The notes beneath the pieces were generated by a model. The model saw only the letters and a program-made list of their open reading frames with translations. It ran no database searches and was not told the DNA's origin. A stretch of DNA of 64,000 bases. Source: an uncultured delta proteobacterium. GTDB lineage: Bacteria; Desulfobacterota; Desulfuromonadia; Geobacterales; DSM-12255. Of the stretch, positions 20,396-29,889 are shown in pieces; within the stretch, counting starts at the first letter, position 1; each line of letters starts with the position of its first letter. The position numbers and the translations under genes are program-made. Location: the NCBI GenBank assembly GCA_963787125.1, contig CAWBBV010000020.1, positions 1 through 64,000 of the forward strand, in the 5' to 3' direction.

Positions 20396-21121
20396 GTGAT
20401 AGAAATGCTCGCGGTCAGTAAATCTTTTAATACCGGCAAGCCGAATGAGTTTCTGGCGCTAGACCAGGTTAACCTGGTCATAAACCGGGGAGAATTAACG
20501 ATTCTGAAAGGACCAAGCGGCTCAGGCAAGACGACTCTGCTTTCACTGGTTGGCTGCATGAGCCGCCCGACTTCGGGTAAAATCAGGCTGCACGGCTTAA
20601 GGACCTCATTCATGCCGCAAGATTCCGCCACTGGCCACCTTGACATCTCCAGCCTGCCGGAACGTTTTCTCACTGAAATCAGGCGCAGGAATTTCGGCTT
20701 CATCTTCCAACAGTTCAATCTCGTTCGCGGTATCAGTGTTATTGAAAATATCATGCTGCCCGCCTACCCAACCGGCGAAGAGTATAATACCTTTCGCGCC
20801 AGAGCCGCTTCGCTGATGGATCATTTCAATATCTCCCGCCATACAGAATCTAAAATTGAATGGCTCTCCGGCGGAGAGATGCAGCGGGTTGCCATTGCCA
20901 GGGCGCTCATAAACAAGCCTGAACTGATAATAGCTGATGAGCCTACCGCTCATCTTGACAGTCGCCTCTCCAGGGAATTCATGAGCCTCATTGCTTCTTT
21001 TAGAAATGAAGGCAAGACCGTGGTGATAGCAAGCCATGACCCGATCGTTTATGACGATCCGCTTGCAGACCGGGTCGTCGAGATGCGCGATGGGAAAATA
21101 ATTTCTGAGGGACAGGGATGA
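20396..21121 (+). CDS. LolD/MacB-type ABC ATP-binding protein
   Basis: GPSGSGKTT, LSGGEMQR, ADEPTAHLD. Confidence 0.93.
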   Translation: MIEMLAVSKSFNTGKPNEFLALDQVNLVINRGELTILKGPSGSGKTTLLSLVGCMSRPTSGKIRLHGLRTSFMPQDSATGHLDISSLPERFLTEIRRRNFGFIFQQFNLVRGISVIENIMLPAYPTGEEYNTFRARAASLMDHFNISRHTESKIEWLSGGEMQRVAIARALINKPELIIADEPTAHLDSRLSREFMSLIASFRNEGKTVVIASHDPIVYDDPLADRVVEMRDGKIISEGQG

Positions 21122-22110
21122 TACAGCACCCTGCTATCATGTCGCTGCTTTTATCATCCCTGCTCATAACTGCAATGAGTCTGTATGCCTGTTTTTATGG
21201 GATCAGGATAATTCTCAACTGGGATATAACTAGTGGCAGCGAGCTTCAACTGGATCTGGAGCGGCGCACCTACCTGATTTCTACCATCCTCAGCTATTCT
21301 CTTTTCTTTCAGATTGTCTCTTTTTTCCTGCTGATTTATACGACCGATGCAATCCACTCGCTCTTCACCGGGGCAATGTGCGCTGCCGGGAGCCTTGGGG
21401 CAAACATTTTTGGCTACCCGCTACTGGTACTGAAGCTGTTCAACACCCTCCTTGCCGGCATCTGGCTCGTTTTCAATCACCTTGACAACAAAGGCTATGA
21501 TTATCCGTTAATCAAGGGCAAATATTCCCTGTTAATCATTTTGTCACTGCTGCTGCTGCTGGAAATGGTGCTCCAGTTTAACTACTTCTTAAACCTCAAG
21601 GCAGACCTGATAACATCTTGCTGCGGTTCACTCTTCAGCCCTGAAAACCGGGGAATTGCCGGAGAACTTGCTGCATTTCCGGCAAAACCTGCCATGGTCT
21701 TTTTTGCAGTAGTTTTCAGCGGTTATCTTGCCAGCGGGATTAATTCCCTAACCCGGAATAGCGGCTGGTATCTGTTTGCAAACGGGGCGGTGGCTTTCTT
21801 TCTGACTGCAGTAATCGCACTGATATCTTTTATTTCAGTATATTTTTATGAACTGCCTACTCACCACTGCCCGTTCTGCATTCTGCAGAAAGAATACGGC
21901 TACATAGGTTATATGCTTTATGCATGCCTCATTGGAGGAGTCATTACCGGAGTAGCAGGTGGAGCAGTTGAAAAATTCAAGGTGGTCAAAACTCTTGCGG
22001 GGGTTATACCACAATTCCAGAGAAGAGCTGCAGTTGCGAGCCTGTGCTTTAATTCAATATTTACCATAACTGTTTTGCTGAGAATATTTACAACATCATT
22101 CAGGCTTTAA
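21118..22110 (+). CDS. Polytopic membrane protein with Cys/His motifs
   Basis: About 8 hydrophobic segments; GAMCAAG, TSCCGSLF, PTHHCPFC. Confidence 0.8.
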   Translation: MIQHPAIMSLLLSSLLITAMSLYACFYGIRIILNWDITSGSELQLDLERRTYLISTILSYSLFFQIVSFFLLIYTTDAIHSLFTGAMCAAGSLGANIFGYPLLVLKLFNTLLAGIWLVFNHLDNKGYDYPLIKGKYSLLIILSLLLLLEMVLQFNYFLNLKADLITSCCGSLFSPENRGIAGELAAFPAKPAMVFFAVVFSGYLASGINSLTRNSGWYLFANGAVAFFLTAVIALISFISVYFYELPTHHCPFCILQKEYGYIGYMLYACLIGGVITGVAGGAVEKFKVVKTLAGVIPQFQRRAAVASLCFNSIFTITVLLRIFTTSFRL

Positions 22111-23497
22111 CCTTTCCGCCGAGCCTTTTATTAAGCGTCTGCCGGCTGATGCCAAGCATGTGTGCCGCTACCCCCTGATTACCGCTCGAAACTTTCAAAG
22201 CCTGATCTATCATATATCCTTCAACCTGCTCCATTGTTGGGAATTCTCCGAAAATTGACAGCAGGGGATTACCAGGTTGAGCAGCTGTTTCTTGCGCAAG
22301 CTGTTGCCCACTCTGACTCATCTCAAACAGGTCAAACGAGATTTCCCCAGACTGATACCGGGCAATAGCGTCAAATACCAGGGCTTCAAGCTCTCTTACA
22401 TTGCCGGGAAAACTGTATCGGGAGAGAGCTGTCAACTGCCGCTGAGAAATCTCCGGCTTGGGTTTACTAAATGTTTCAGCACCTCTGTCAAGAAAGTGAT
22501 CAAGAAGCAGGGGGAGATCATCTATTCTCTCCCTCAAGGGCGGGATATGCACTTGATGGGCTCTTAGTCGATAAAATAGATCATTACGAAATCGCCCCTT
22601 ACTTATCTGTTCGGGCAGATTTTTGTTAGTGGCCAGCAGAATTCTGGCATCACTCCTTTTAACAATGTCCGAACCCACCTGATAATACTCTTTCTCCTGT
22701 AACAAGCGCAGCAGCTTGATCTGTGAAGACTCGGAAAGGTCACCTATCTCGTCAAGGAAAAGGGTCCCGCCGGCAGCTTTGGCGATAAGCCCTTCGCGGG
22801 GCTGCTCAGCGCCGGTGAAAGCCCCCTTTTTGTGGCCAAAGAGAGTATCTGAGAACATATTGTCATCAAGGCCGGCAACATTGACGGCCACATATGCACC
22901 GCGGCAGCCGCTCAACTCGTGGATGGCACGGGCAACCATCTCTTTGCCAGTACCGGTCTCTCCGGAAATCATAATAGGCTGACGAGTCGGCGCAACAACC
23001 TCAATATACTGAAAGAGAGCTCTCATCTTGGAGTTACCGGTTATGATACCCGCAAAGGTTGAAGGGTTTTCCAGCTGGCCGGAGAGCAGTCGCTGCTTGA
23101 GTGATGAGAGTTCGTTGGAAATGTCGCAGAGCTCGAGCGCCTTTTTGACAGTCGCGACAAAGCGATTTGATTCGACCGGTTTCACCAGATAATCAAATGC
23201 ACCGGACTTCATCCCCTCTATCACATTTTTGATTTCATCACTGGCAGTCATCAAAATAACCGGGATATAAGGGTACTTCTCGATTATACGCGGCAACAGC
23301 TCAAGCCCGGTGATATTGGGCATATTGATATCAAGCACCAGAACAGACACCGGATTAGCAGCCAAAAAAGGGAGGAGCGCAAGGGACTCAGAAATAAGTG
23401 CCACATTGGTTATACCGCTACCCTGAAGACAGAGCATGGAAGCTTTTAGGGTAAACTCCTCGTCATCGACGATAACTACCAGTTTTGTATACGTCAC
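22100..23497 (-). CDS. sigma54-dependent response regulator (NtrC family)
   Basis: Receiver domain (VDDE, LDINMP), GETGTGKE, GAFTGA, FPGNVREL, Fis-type HTH. Confidence 0.96.
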   Translation of the reverse strand: MTYTKLVVIVDDEEFTLKASMLCLQGSGITNVALISESLALLPFLAANPVSVLVLDINMPNITGLELLPRIIEKYPYIPVILMTASDEIKNVIEGMKSGAFDYLVKPVESNRFVATVKKALELCDISNELSSLKQRLLSGQLENPSTFAGIITGNSKMRALFQYIEVVAPTRQPIMISGETGTGKEMVARAIHELSGCRGAYVAVNVAGLDDNMFSDTLFGHKKGAFTGAEQPREGLIAKAAGGTLFLDEIGDLSESSQIKLLRLLQEKEYYQVGSDIVKRSDARILLATNKNLPEQISKGRFRNDLFYRLRAHQVHIPPLRERIDDLPLLLDHFLDRGAETFSKPKPEISQRQLTALSRYSFPGNVRELEALVFDAIARYQSGEISFDLFEMSQSGQQLAQETAAQPGNPLLSIFGEFPTMEQVEGYMIDQALKVSSGNQGVAAHMLGISRQTLNKRLGGKVKA

Positions 23498-24939
23498 TGC
23501 GCCTCCGTTAATGCTTGTTTGACAATCGGCAATCTGACCTCAAAAATCGTACCAGTTCCTGACGCCGAATGAAACGTCAAGCTCCCTGAATGCTCTTTAA
23601 TAATTGTATCTGAAATAGAGAGTCCCAGGCCTGTGCCGCCACTGCCGACTTTTGTGGAAAAAAACGGCTCCATAATTTTTCTTGTCAACTCATTAGGGAT
23701 GCCACCCCCTTCATCAGCTACTGTTATGACAACTTCCGCAGAGTTGCCGTCAAACCAGGTCATAAGACTGATAGCAGCTGTTTCGTTGGGAATAGCCTGA
23801 CAGGCGTTCATAACCAGGTTGATAACCACTTGGCCGATCTGTTGGCTGTTGCCGATAATTTTCGGCAGATATTCGGCAAGGCAGGTGGTGAAATTATTTG
23901 TATGCCTCCCTACTTGACTCCTGACAATCAATAAAGCCGCTTTTACCGCCTGATTAAGGTCTATCTCTTCAAAATTAGTATCTGAACCCTGTCTGGCAAA
24001 AGTTTTCAGATCATTAATAATGCCGTTGATGCGCTGAGTTCCAATTATAATACCTGATATCATTTCAGGAAAATGCAGCTCCATTTCAGTAAACGGCAGA
24101 CCACCTATGAGAAAATCACCGTTTTCCTTTTGATACTCCCGCAACACTTTGATTATATCACCGCAAGAGCGTTCCAACAGCTGAGCATTGGAGAGGATGT
24201 AATTATTCGGATTATTAATCTCATGGGCCACCCCTGAAACCATCAATCCCAGAGCCGTCATTTTGTTCGCTTGAATCAATTTTGACTGGCCCAAGCGGGC
24301 CTCCCGCTCCAGGCTGACCCGTTTGGTAATGTCTCGCATGATAACCAGAAACTGTGATGCTCCATCGACAAGAAGTCGGCTGACCGATATTTCAAGTCTT
24401 AAAGGGACCTTGTCCTTCCTGTGGCAAGTGACCTCGTGAATAAGCGTTGCAGGGAATTTTTCTTCTCCAGCAAGCGCTTCGAGGTTTGTTGCTGTCAGAG
24501 AATCATCACAGAAAAGTCCGGCAGCATTCTTACCGCTGATCTCTTCCGGAGAGTAGCCGAAAATCCTCTCGGCAGCCTGGTTAAATGAGATGATAATCCC
24601 TTGCATATCAATCGTCACAACCGCATCGACTACCTGCGACTTGACCGCTTCATGCTTGACGCTTTCTTCGACAACGGCTCGCTGAAGCGGTTTGATCAGC
24701 AGCCACCAAAGAACCGGTGCGATTAAAAGCGTTGTGAAAAACGGGTCATAATATTCTTGAGGAAAAGAGATGAGAACAGGAAATAATATCGGAGTTAGCC
24801 ATACCTCAAGAGTATCAAGCAGATATATGGCGACAAGGATGATCAGAAAGGTCTTTAACGGGGTGAAATGCCACCCTTGATGCGACCTCAAGGCCGCACC
24901 AAGGGGTTGGTTTTTTTTATGATCGGGCAGGAGCGGCAT
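23494..24939 (-). CDS. PAS-domain sensor histidine kinase
   Basis: Two TMs, PAS, H-box GVAHEINNP, N/G boxes (DEGGGI, GTGLGL). Confidence 0.95.
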   Translation of the reverse strand: MPLLPDHKKNQPLGAALRSHQGWHFTPLKTFLIILVAIYLLDTLEVWLTPILFPVLISFPQEYYDPFFTTLLIAPVLWWLLIKPLQRAVVEESVKHEAVKSQVVDAVVTIDMQGIIISFNQAAERIFGYSPEEISGKNAAGLFCDDSLTATNLEALAGEEKFPATLIHEVTCHRKDKVPLRLEISVSRLLVDGASQFLVIMRDITKRVSLEREARLGQSKLIQANKMTALGLMVSGVAHEINNPNNYILSNAQLLERSCGDIIKVLREYQKENGDFLIGGLPFTEMELHFPEMISGIIIGTQRINGIINDLKTFARQGSDTNFEEIDLNQAVKAALLIVRSQVGRHTNNFTTCLAEYLPKIIGNSQQIGQVVINLVMNACQAIPNETAAISLMTWFDGNSAEVVITVADEGGGIPNELTRKIMEPFFSTKVGSGGTGLGLSISDTIIKEHSGSLTFHSASGTGTIFEVRLPIVKQALTEAQ

Positions 24940-24951
24940 AAGTTACCCTGT

Positions 24952-25632
24952 TTACTTTACCACCTCAAGTAGCTCTACCTCAAACACGAGCGTAGCACCA
25001 GGGAGGATCAGCTCTCCGGCTCCATTTTCACCGTAAGCAATCGATGAAGGACAGACCAGTTTGGCTTTGCCGCCCGGTTTCATCTTCTGGACACCCTCTG
25101 TCCAGCACTTGATAACGCCATCAAGCCTGAAATCTATCGGCTTATTGCGTTTGTAAGAGCTGTCAAACTCTCTGCCGTCTATGAGAGTGCCGCGATAATG
25201 AACCTTAACAGAATCTGTGGCTTTTGGATTGACGCCTTCCCCATCCTTCAGGGAGAGGTAAACCAGACCGGTGTCTGTTTTTACGGCGCCCTTCTCGGCG
25301 GCGGCCTTCTCAAGAAACTCTTTCCCCGCAGCAGCCTGTTTATCTCCCTGCATCTTTCTGCGAGCTTTAGCCAACTCCTGCACTTTTTCATTGTAGGCGG
25401 CAATCTCTATAGCCGGCTTTGTAGCTGTTACCCCGGCGGTGAGTCCCTGCTGCACTCGCTCCAGCTCAGTCGCTGACAGCGTGAAAACTCCCAACTGACG
25501 GGCAACAATCAAGCCTATTGCGTACAGGGTTTTCTCTTCTTCTGTTTTCGGCGCTTCAAGTGCAAAGGCTGAAGCTGAAACAAGTGTTAATGCAAGAGTT
25601 GCCAGTAGGGTAAAGATTTTAAAGCTTTTCAT
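24952..25632 (-). CDS. FKBP-type peptidyl-prolyl isomerase (FkpA/FklB-like), exported
   Basis: VHYRGTLIDGREFDSSY, VIKCWTEG, AYG...ATLVFEVELL. Confidence 0.95.
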   Translation of the reverse strand: MKSFKIFTLLATLALTLVSASAFALEAPKTEEEKTLYAIGLIVARQLGVFTLSATELERVQQGLTAGVTATKPAIEIAAYNEKVQELAKARRKMQGDKQAAAGKEFLEKAAAEKGAVKTDTGLVYLSLKDGEGVNPKATDSVKVHYRGTLIDGREFDSSYKRNKPIDFRLDGVIKCWTEGVQKMKPGGKAKLVCPSSIAYGENGAGELILPGATLVFEVELLEVVK

Positions 25633-25659
25633 TCATAATCTCCTTACGTTTAATGTTGA

Positions 25660-26943
25660 TTACTGGGCTGCGTTCAGCGCCTGTTCCAGGTCAGCTATAA
25701 TATCCCTGACATCCTCCAGCCCGACCGACAGACGAATGAAGTCGGCGGTAACTCCAGTGGAGACCTGCTCTTCCGGGGTCAACTGCTGATGGGTAGTTGA
25801 AGCTGGGTGAATAACCAGTGATTTGGCATCACCAATATTGGCCAGATGAGAGAGTAGTTTGACATTATCGATAAACTTCTTGCCTGCCTCCATTCCCCCT
25901 TTGATACCGAAGCCGATGATGGCTCCAGCGCCTTTTGGCAGATATTTCTTTGCCCTTTGGTGGTTCGGATGGCTTGCCAGACCGGGATAATTTACCCATG
26001 ACACCAAGGGGTGCTTTTCCAGCCATTCGGCAACCTTCTGGGCATTTTCCACATGGCGTGCCATCCGTAGTGACAATGTCTCGATCCCCTGAATAATCTG
26101 AAAAGAGTTAAAGGGCGAGATGCACGCCCCCATATCCCGTAAAAGCGTCAGTCTCATTTTGAGGATATAGGAAAGATTACCGAGAGCCTCCCAGTAGTTA
26201 AGCCCGTGATAGGAGGGATCCGGTTCGGCCAGCTCCGGGAATCTGCCGTTATTCCAGGGGAAAGTGCCGCCGGAGACAACCGCGCCGCCGATGCTGGTGC
26301 CATGGCCGCTGATGAACTTGGTGAGGGAGTAAACGACAATGTCCGCACCGTGTTCCAATGGTCTGAACAGGTATGGGGTGGTGACGGTATTATCGACAAC
26401 AAAAGGAATTCCGGCGTCATGGGCTATCTTGGCTATCGCCTCAAAATCATCGACGTTGTTCTTCGGATTGCCTACCGACTCCATGTATACCAGTCGGGTG
26501 TTTTCATCAATTGCCTGCCTGACATTCTCCGGATCGGAGGTATCAACGAATTTGACCGTTATCCCCAGTTTTGGCAAAGTGTAATGGAAAAGGTTGTACG
26601 TCCCGCCATAGAGATAATTGGTAGAGACAATGTTCTGGCCTGCCTGAGCAATATTCAGCACTGCATAAGTGGTCGCCGCCTGACCGGAAGCGACAGCCAG
26701 AGCACCGACACCGCCGTCAAGCTCTGCCAGGCGCTTTTCAAGCACATCGGTCGTCGGATTCATCAAACGGGTGTAGATATTGCCAAACTCTTTCAGCCCG
26801 AACAGATTGGCTGCATGTTCCGAACTCTTGAAAACGTATGATGATGTCAAGTAGATGGGGACCGCTCGGGAGAGGGTCTGGGAATCGGGCACCTGCCCGG
26901 CATGAAGCGCGAGTGAATCAAATTGGAGCTGAGTTTCTGACAT
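25660..26943 (-). CDS. metY: O-acetylhomoserine/O-acetylserine sulfhydrylase
   Basis: [18 protein letters not shown] Lys in [24 protein letters not shown]; start reassigned to MSETQ. Confidence 0.93.
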   Translation of the reverse strand: MSETQLQFDSLALHAGQVPDSQTLSRAVPIYLTSSYVFKSSEHAANLFGLKEFGNIYTRLMNPTTDVLEKRLAELDGGVGALAVASGQAATTYAVLNIAQAGQNIVSTNYLYGGTYNLFHYTLPKLGITVKFVDTSDPENVRQAIDENTRLVYMESVGNPKNNVDDFEAIAKIAHDAGIPFVVDNTVTTPYLFRPLEHGADIVVYSLTKFISGHGTSIGGAVVSGGTFPWNNGRFPELAEPDPSYHGLNYWEALGNLSYILKMRLTLLRDMGACISPFNSFQIIQGIETLSLRMARHVENAQKVAEWLEKHPLVSWVNYPGLASHPNHQRAKKYLPKGAGAIIGFGIKGGMEAGKKFIDNVKLLSHLANIGDAKSLVIHPASTTHQQLTPEEQVSTGVTADFIRLSVGLEDVRDIIADLEQALNAAQ

Positions 26944-27006
26944 AATCAAAGTATCCTTTCGAATGTTTTTATAAAACCTACCAAACTGATGTGCAAATTT
27001 CAACAG

Positions 27007-28497
27007 TTATTGTTGACCATTTCTATTGTACAAAGTAGAAAACCTTTTCATCTCCAAAGCGCGTGAACCTTCGGCATATCCCGGTAACAGTCGCCATCCC
27101 CAGTTGCCATCAGCCTGACCAGGGATGTTCATTCTTTCGGAGCTCCCCAGAAGTAAAATGTCCTGCATCGGAATAATTGCATACATGGCCACTGATGCAA
27201 ACGCCGTCCTTATTAGAATTGCGGGAACAGCCTCGGGAACAGCTTGCAGGTAATCACAGACACGCCGCTGTTTGTCAGGAGCGAGCGACTCGAACCACCC
27301 TTTCGTCGTATCATTGTCATGGGTTCCGGTATAAACCACCGATTCAGGGATATGATTATGTGGCAGGTAAGCATTGTCAGCACCGCTGTCAAAAGCAAAC
27401 TGCAGAATTTTCATCCCCGGGAAAGTGCACTGCTCTCTCAATAACTCAACCTCAGGCGTCATGACGCCCAGGTCTTCTGCAATTACAGGCAGCTCACCGT
27501 GTGCAGCCTTCAAGGCGGCAAAGAGTCCATACCCCGGCCCCTTGATCCACCGCCCGTTCACTGCCGTCTTTTCATTAGCCGGAATTTCCCAATAAGACTC
27601 AAAACCCCGGAAATGGTCGATTCTGAGAATATCATAAAGCCCCAGATCGTTCCTGATACGGGCAGTCCACCAACCATAATTGTCAGCAGCAAGCATATCC
27701 CAGCGATAAAGTGGATTACCCCACCTTTGACCGGTACTGCTGAAATAGTCAGGGGGAACCCCGGCAACAGCAAGCGGAGTACCTGCCTCATCAAGATAGA
27801 AAATATGCTGGTTGCACCAGACGTCAGCCGAATCATGGGCGACAAATATCGGCGCATCGCCAATTATCAGGATGCCGCGCTCATTTGCATAGCGCTTCAC
27901 CCTCCCCCACTGCCGTGAAAACTGCCACTGGAGATACTTCTGAAAACCGATTTCGCTCCCCAGTTTTTCTGCATACTCTCTACAAGCCAGCTTATCACGT
28001 TTTCTCAGCTTTTCCGGCCAATGGTTCCAGCAATCCCCATTGAAATGCCCCTTGAGCGCCGCATAAAGCGCATAATCATGGAGCCAGAAAGTGGTGTCGC
28101 AAAATCTCCAGAAATCCTCTTTGCGCGCAGTAGCTGCAGAGGCAAGGAATTTCCCGGCGGCACTGCGTAACAGCGTCAATTTATAAGAAGCTACCCTGGA
28201 GAAATCAACCCGGTCAGTAACCGGAAAATCCTGCAGTTCACACAGAGCAAGATCACCCTCTGCAGAAATCTGCTTCAAATTTAGCAACAGGGGATTTCCG
28301 GCAAAAGCAGAAAAACACGAATATGGCGAGTTGCCACAGCCAGGCGGTCCGAGCGGCAGGATCTGCCAGAGGGTCTGACCGGCTGAGTGCAGAAAATCGA
28401 TAAAGCTAAAAGCTTCATCGCCGAGTGAACCAATGCCGTCGTTGTCGGGGAGAGATGTGGGGTGAAGAAGTATGCCGCTACGGCGGATATGAGGCAT
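27007..28497 (-). CDS. malQ: 4-alpha-glucanotransferase (amylomaltase, GH77)
   Basis: SGILLHPTSLP, RIDHFRG, IAEDLG, YTGTHDNDT. Confidence 0.96.
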   Translation of the reverse strand: MPHIRRSGILLHPTSLPDNDGIGSLGDEAFSFIDFLHSAGQTLWQILPLGPPGCGNSPYSCFSAFAGNPLLLNLKQISAEGDLALCELQDFPVTDRVDFSRVASYKLTLLRSAAGKFLASAATARKEDFWRFCDTTFWLHDYALYAALKGHFNGDCWNHWPEKLRKRDKLACREYAEKLGSEIGFQKYLQWQFSRQWGRVKRYANERGILIIGDAPIFVAHDSADVWCNQHIFYLDEAGTPLAVAGVPPDYFSSTGQRWGNPLYRWDMLAADNYGWWTARIRNDLGLYDILRIDHFRGFESYWEIPANEKTAVNGRWIKGPGYGLFAALKAAHGELPVIAEDLGVMTPEVELLREQCTFPGMKILQFAFDSGADNAYLPHNHIPESVVYTGTHDNDTTKGWFESLAPDKQRRVCDYLQAVPEAVPAILIRTAFASVAMYAIIPMQDILLLGSSERMNIPGQADGNWGWRLLPGYAEGSRALEMKRFSTLYNRNGQQ

Positions 28498-28613
28498 TAA
28501 ATGACCTCCAGGAGATTAAGCGTTTCAAAGTGTACTACATTTTGCAATATTTGTGAAGGTTAGTATTAAATAACCGACATTATTGAAAAAGTCCGGTTTT
28601 ACTAGTTGAACGA

Positions 28614-29786
28614 TCAGCACTTTATCAGTCGCACTTCAAGCAGCCTCAGATATTCATCCCGGCACCAGTTTTCCACTTCTACCAGTGATTGAAATGCCTC
28701 GCCAAATCCTTGTCTGCCGATGGTAAAAACTCCGTGTCCATAAACAATCGCCCGCCCTGGACCGGCAATGACCGGAGGCACGCGCTTTGCCAGCCCCCCG
28801 GCGCCAATTTCCCCCGCCACAACCGGTGTCCCGCCAAGGAAACGAACTTTCTGGCAGTCCCGCCAGCAGTCAGTTATGGTGCAGTCATGCCGCTCACAAA
28901 GCATACTCATGACGACCGAGAATTTGGGGTGCCCATGGAGAATGACCTTGGCATCACTCGTTTCAAAGATGCGGCGATGGGCAGCAAGCTCGCTTGAAGC
29001 GGTTATCCCGACGGTAGACGAGTTGTCAAACGGAACAGGGTCGATGCAACCGGCAAGAGCATCCAGACTCGCTGCAGTCTGGGAGATATAAATCAGCTTG
29101 TCGGTCCGGCAGGAGATATTACCAAAGAACGAGTCTACCAAGCCCCTCTCGACAGTATAGCGGCCGACATTTGCAATTTCACCGAGAATAACCTCAGCCT
29201 TTTCAAGTGGCCCTTCGTGAAAAGTCAGCCCCTCTGCGGTCAATGGCTGCAGCCACTCAGCAAAAAATGTATCGGCTGCGCGCCGCTCTTCGGGCAGGGA
29301 AAACCCGTTGCAGAGAATATCCTGCAGATATTTGACGAAAGTTGAATGGAAAACGGAAGAGTAATTGATGTACGCCTGTTCGACCGTTACTCCGCCGCTG
29401 GCGAAAATACCGAGACCTTCGACAATAACCCCTTTACGGTTACCAAGCAGTTGCGCAATCTGTTCTGCCGGATCAGCGGCGAGTTCACCGCGCCTGATAA
29501 ACGGGATATCATGAAGATAAGTTCTGGTTTCGGTGTCCTGCGGTTCAATGCAGGCGCAATCAGTTCCAGCCCTCTTAACCAGAAAATCAGCAAAGGGGAG
29601 CGACGGTGAGGCAGCCACCAGACTTAAGGCGTTAAGCCGTTCCAGAACTCCTGTGGCAATCACTGCGAGCTCCGACTCACCAAAGGAGATCAGTTCGTCA
29701 TCCTTGACAGCAACCGCAATCCGCCCCGGCAGCCCGGAACGGTCAGAGATCAGCTTCTGAGCATATTTTTCAAGTTGCGCGTGCAT
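28614..29786 (-). CDS. Class II aldolase/adducin family protein
   Basis: C-terminal GNISCR, ASSELAAH, HGHP and HGVF metal-site pattern; likely ATG 29786 with GGAGA RBS. Confidence 0.8.
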   Translation of the reverse strand: MHAQLEKYAQKLISDRSGLPGRIAVAVKDDELISFGESELAVIATGVLERLNALSLVAASPSLPFADFLVKRAGTDCACIEPQDTETRTYLHDIPFIRRGELAADPAEQIAQLLGNRKGVIVEGLGIFASGGVTVEQAYINYSSVFHSTFVKYLQDILCNGFSLPEERRAADTFFAEWLQPLTAEGLTFHEGPLEKAEVILGEIANVGRYTVERGLVDSFFGNISCRTDKLIYISQTAASLDALAGCIDPVPFDNSSTVGITASSELAAHRRIFETSDAKVILHGHPKFSVVMSMLCERHDCTITDCWRDCQKVRFLGGTPVVAGEIGAGGLAKRVPPVIAGPGRAIVYGHGVFTIGRQGFGEAFQSLVEVENWCRDEYLRLLEVRLIKC

Positions 29787-29831
29787 AATCTCCAATCTTA
29801 AAATCAAGTAAAAAGGGCACTCAACAAATCC

Positions 29832-29884
29832 TACCTTTACCTTTACCTTTACCTTTACCTTTACCTTTACCTTTACCTTTACCT
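29832..29884. repeat. Perfect hexanucleotide tandem repeat (TACCTT)x8.8
   Basis: Read directly; lies between the recG stop and the aldolase RBS. Confidence 0.97.
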
Positions 29885-29889
29885 GCCTC

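Noticed and set aside
29832..29884. Possible CRISPR array or coding VK-repeat peptide
   Set aside because: No spacers and only a 6-bp unit; no supported start or RBS for a peptide.
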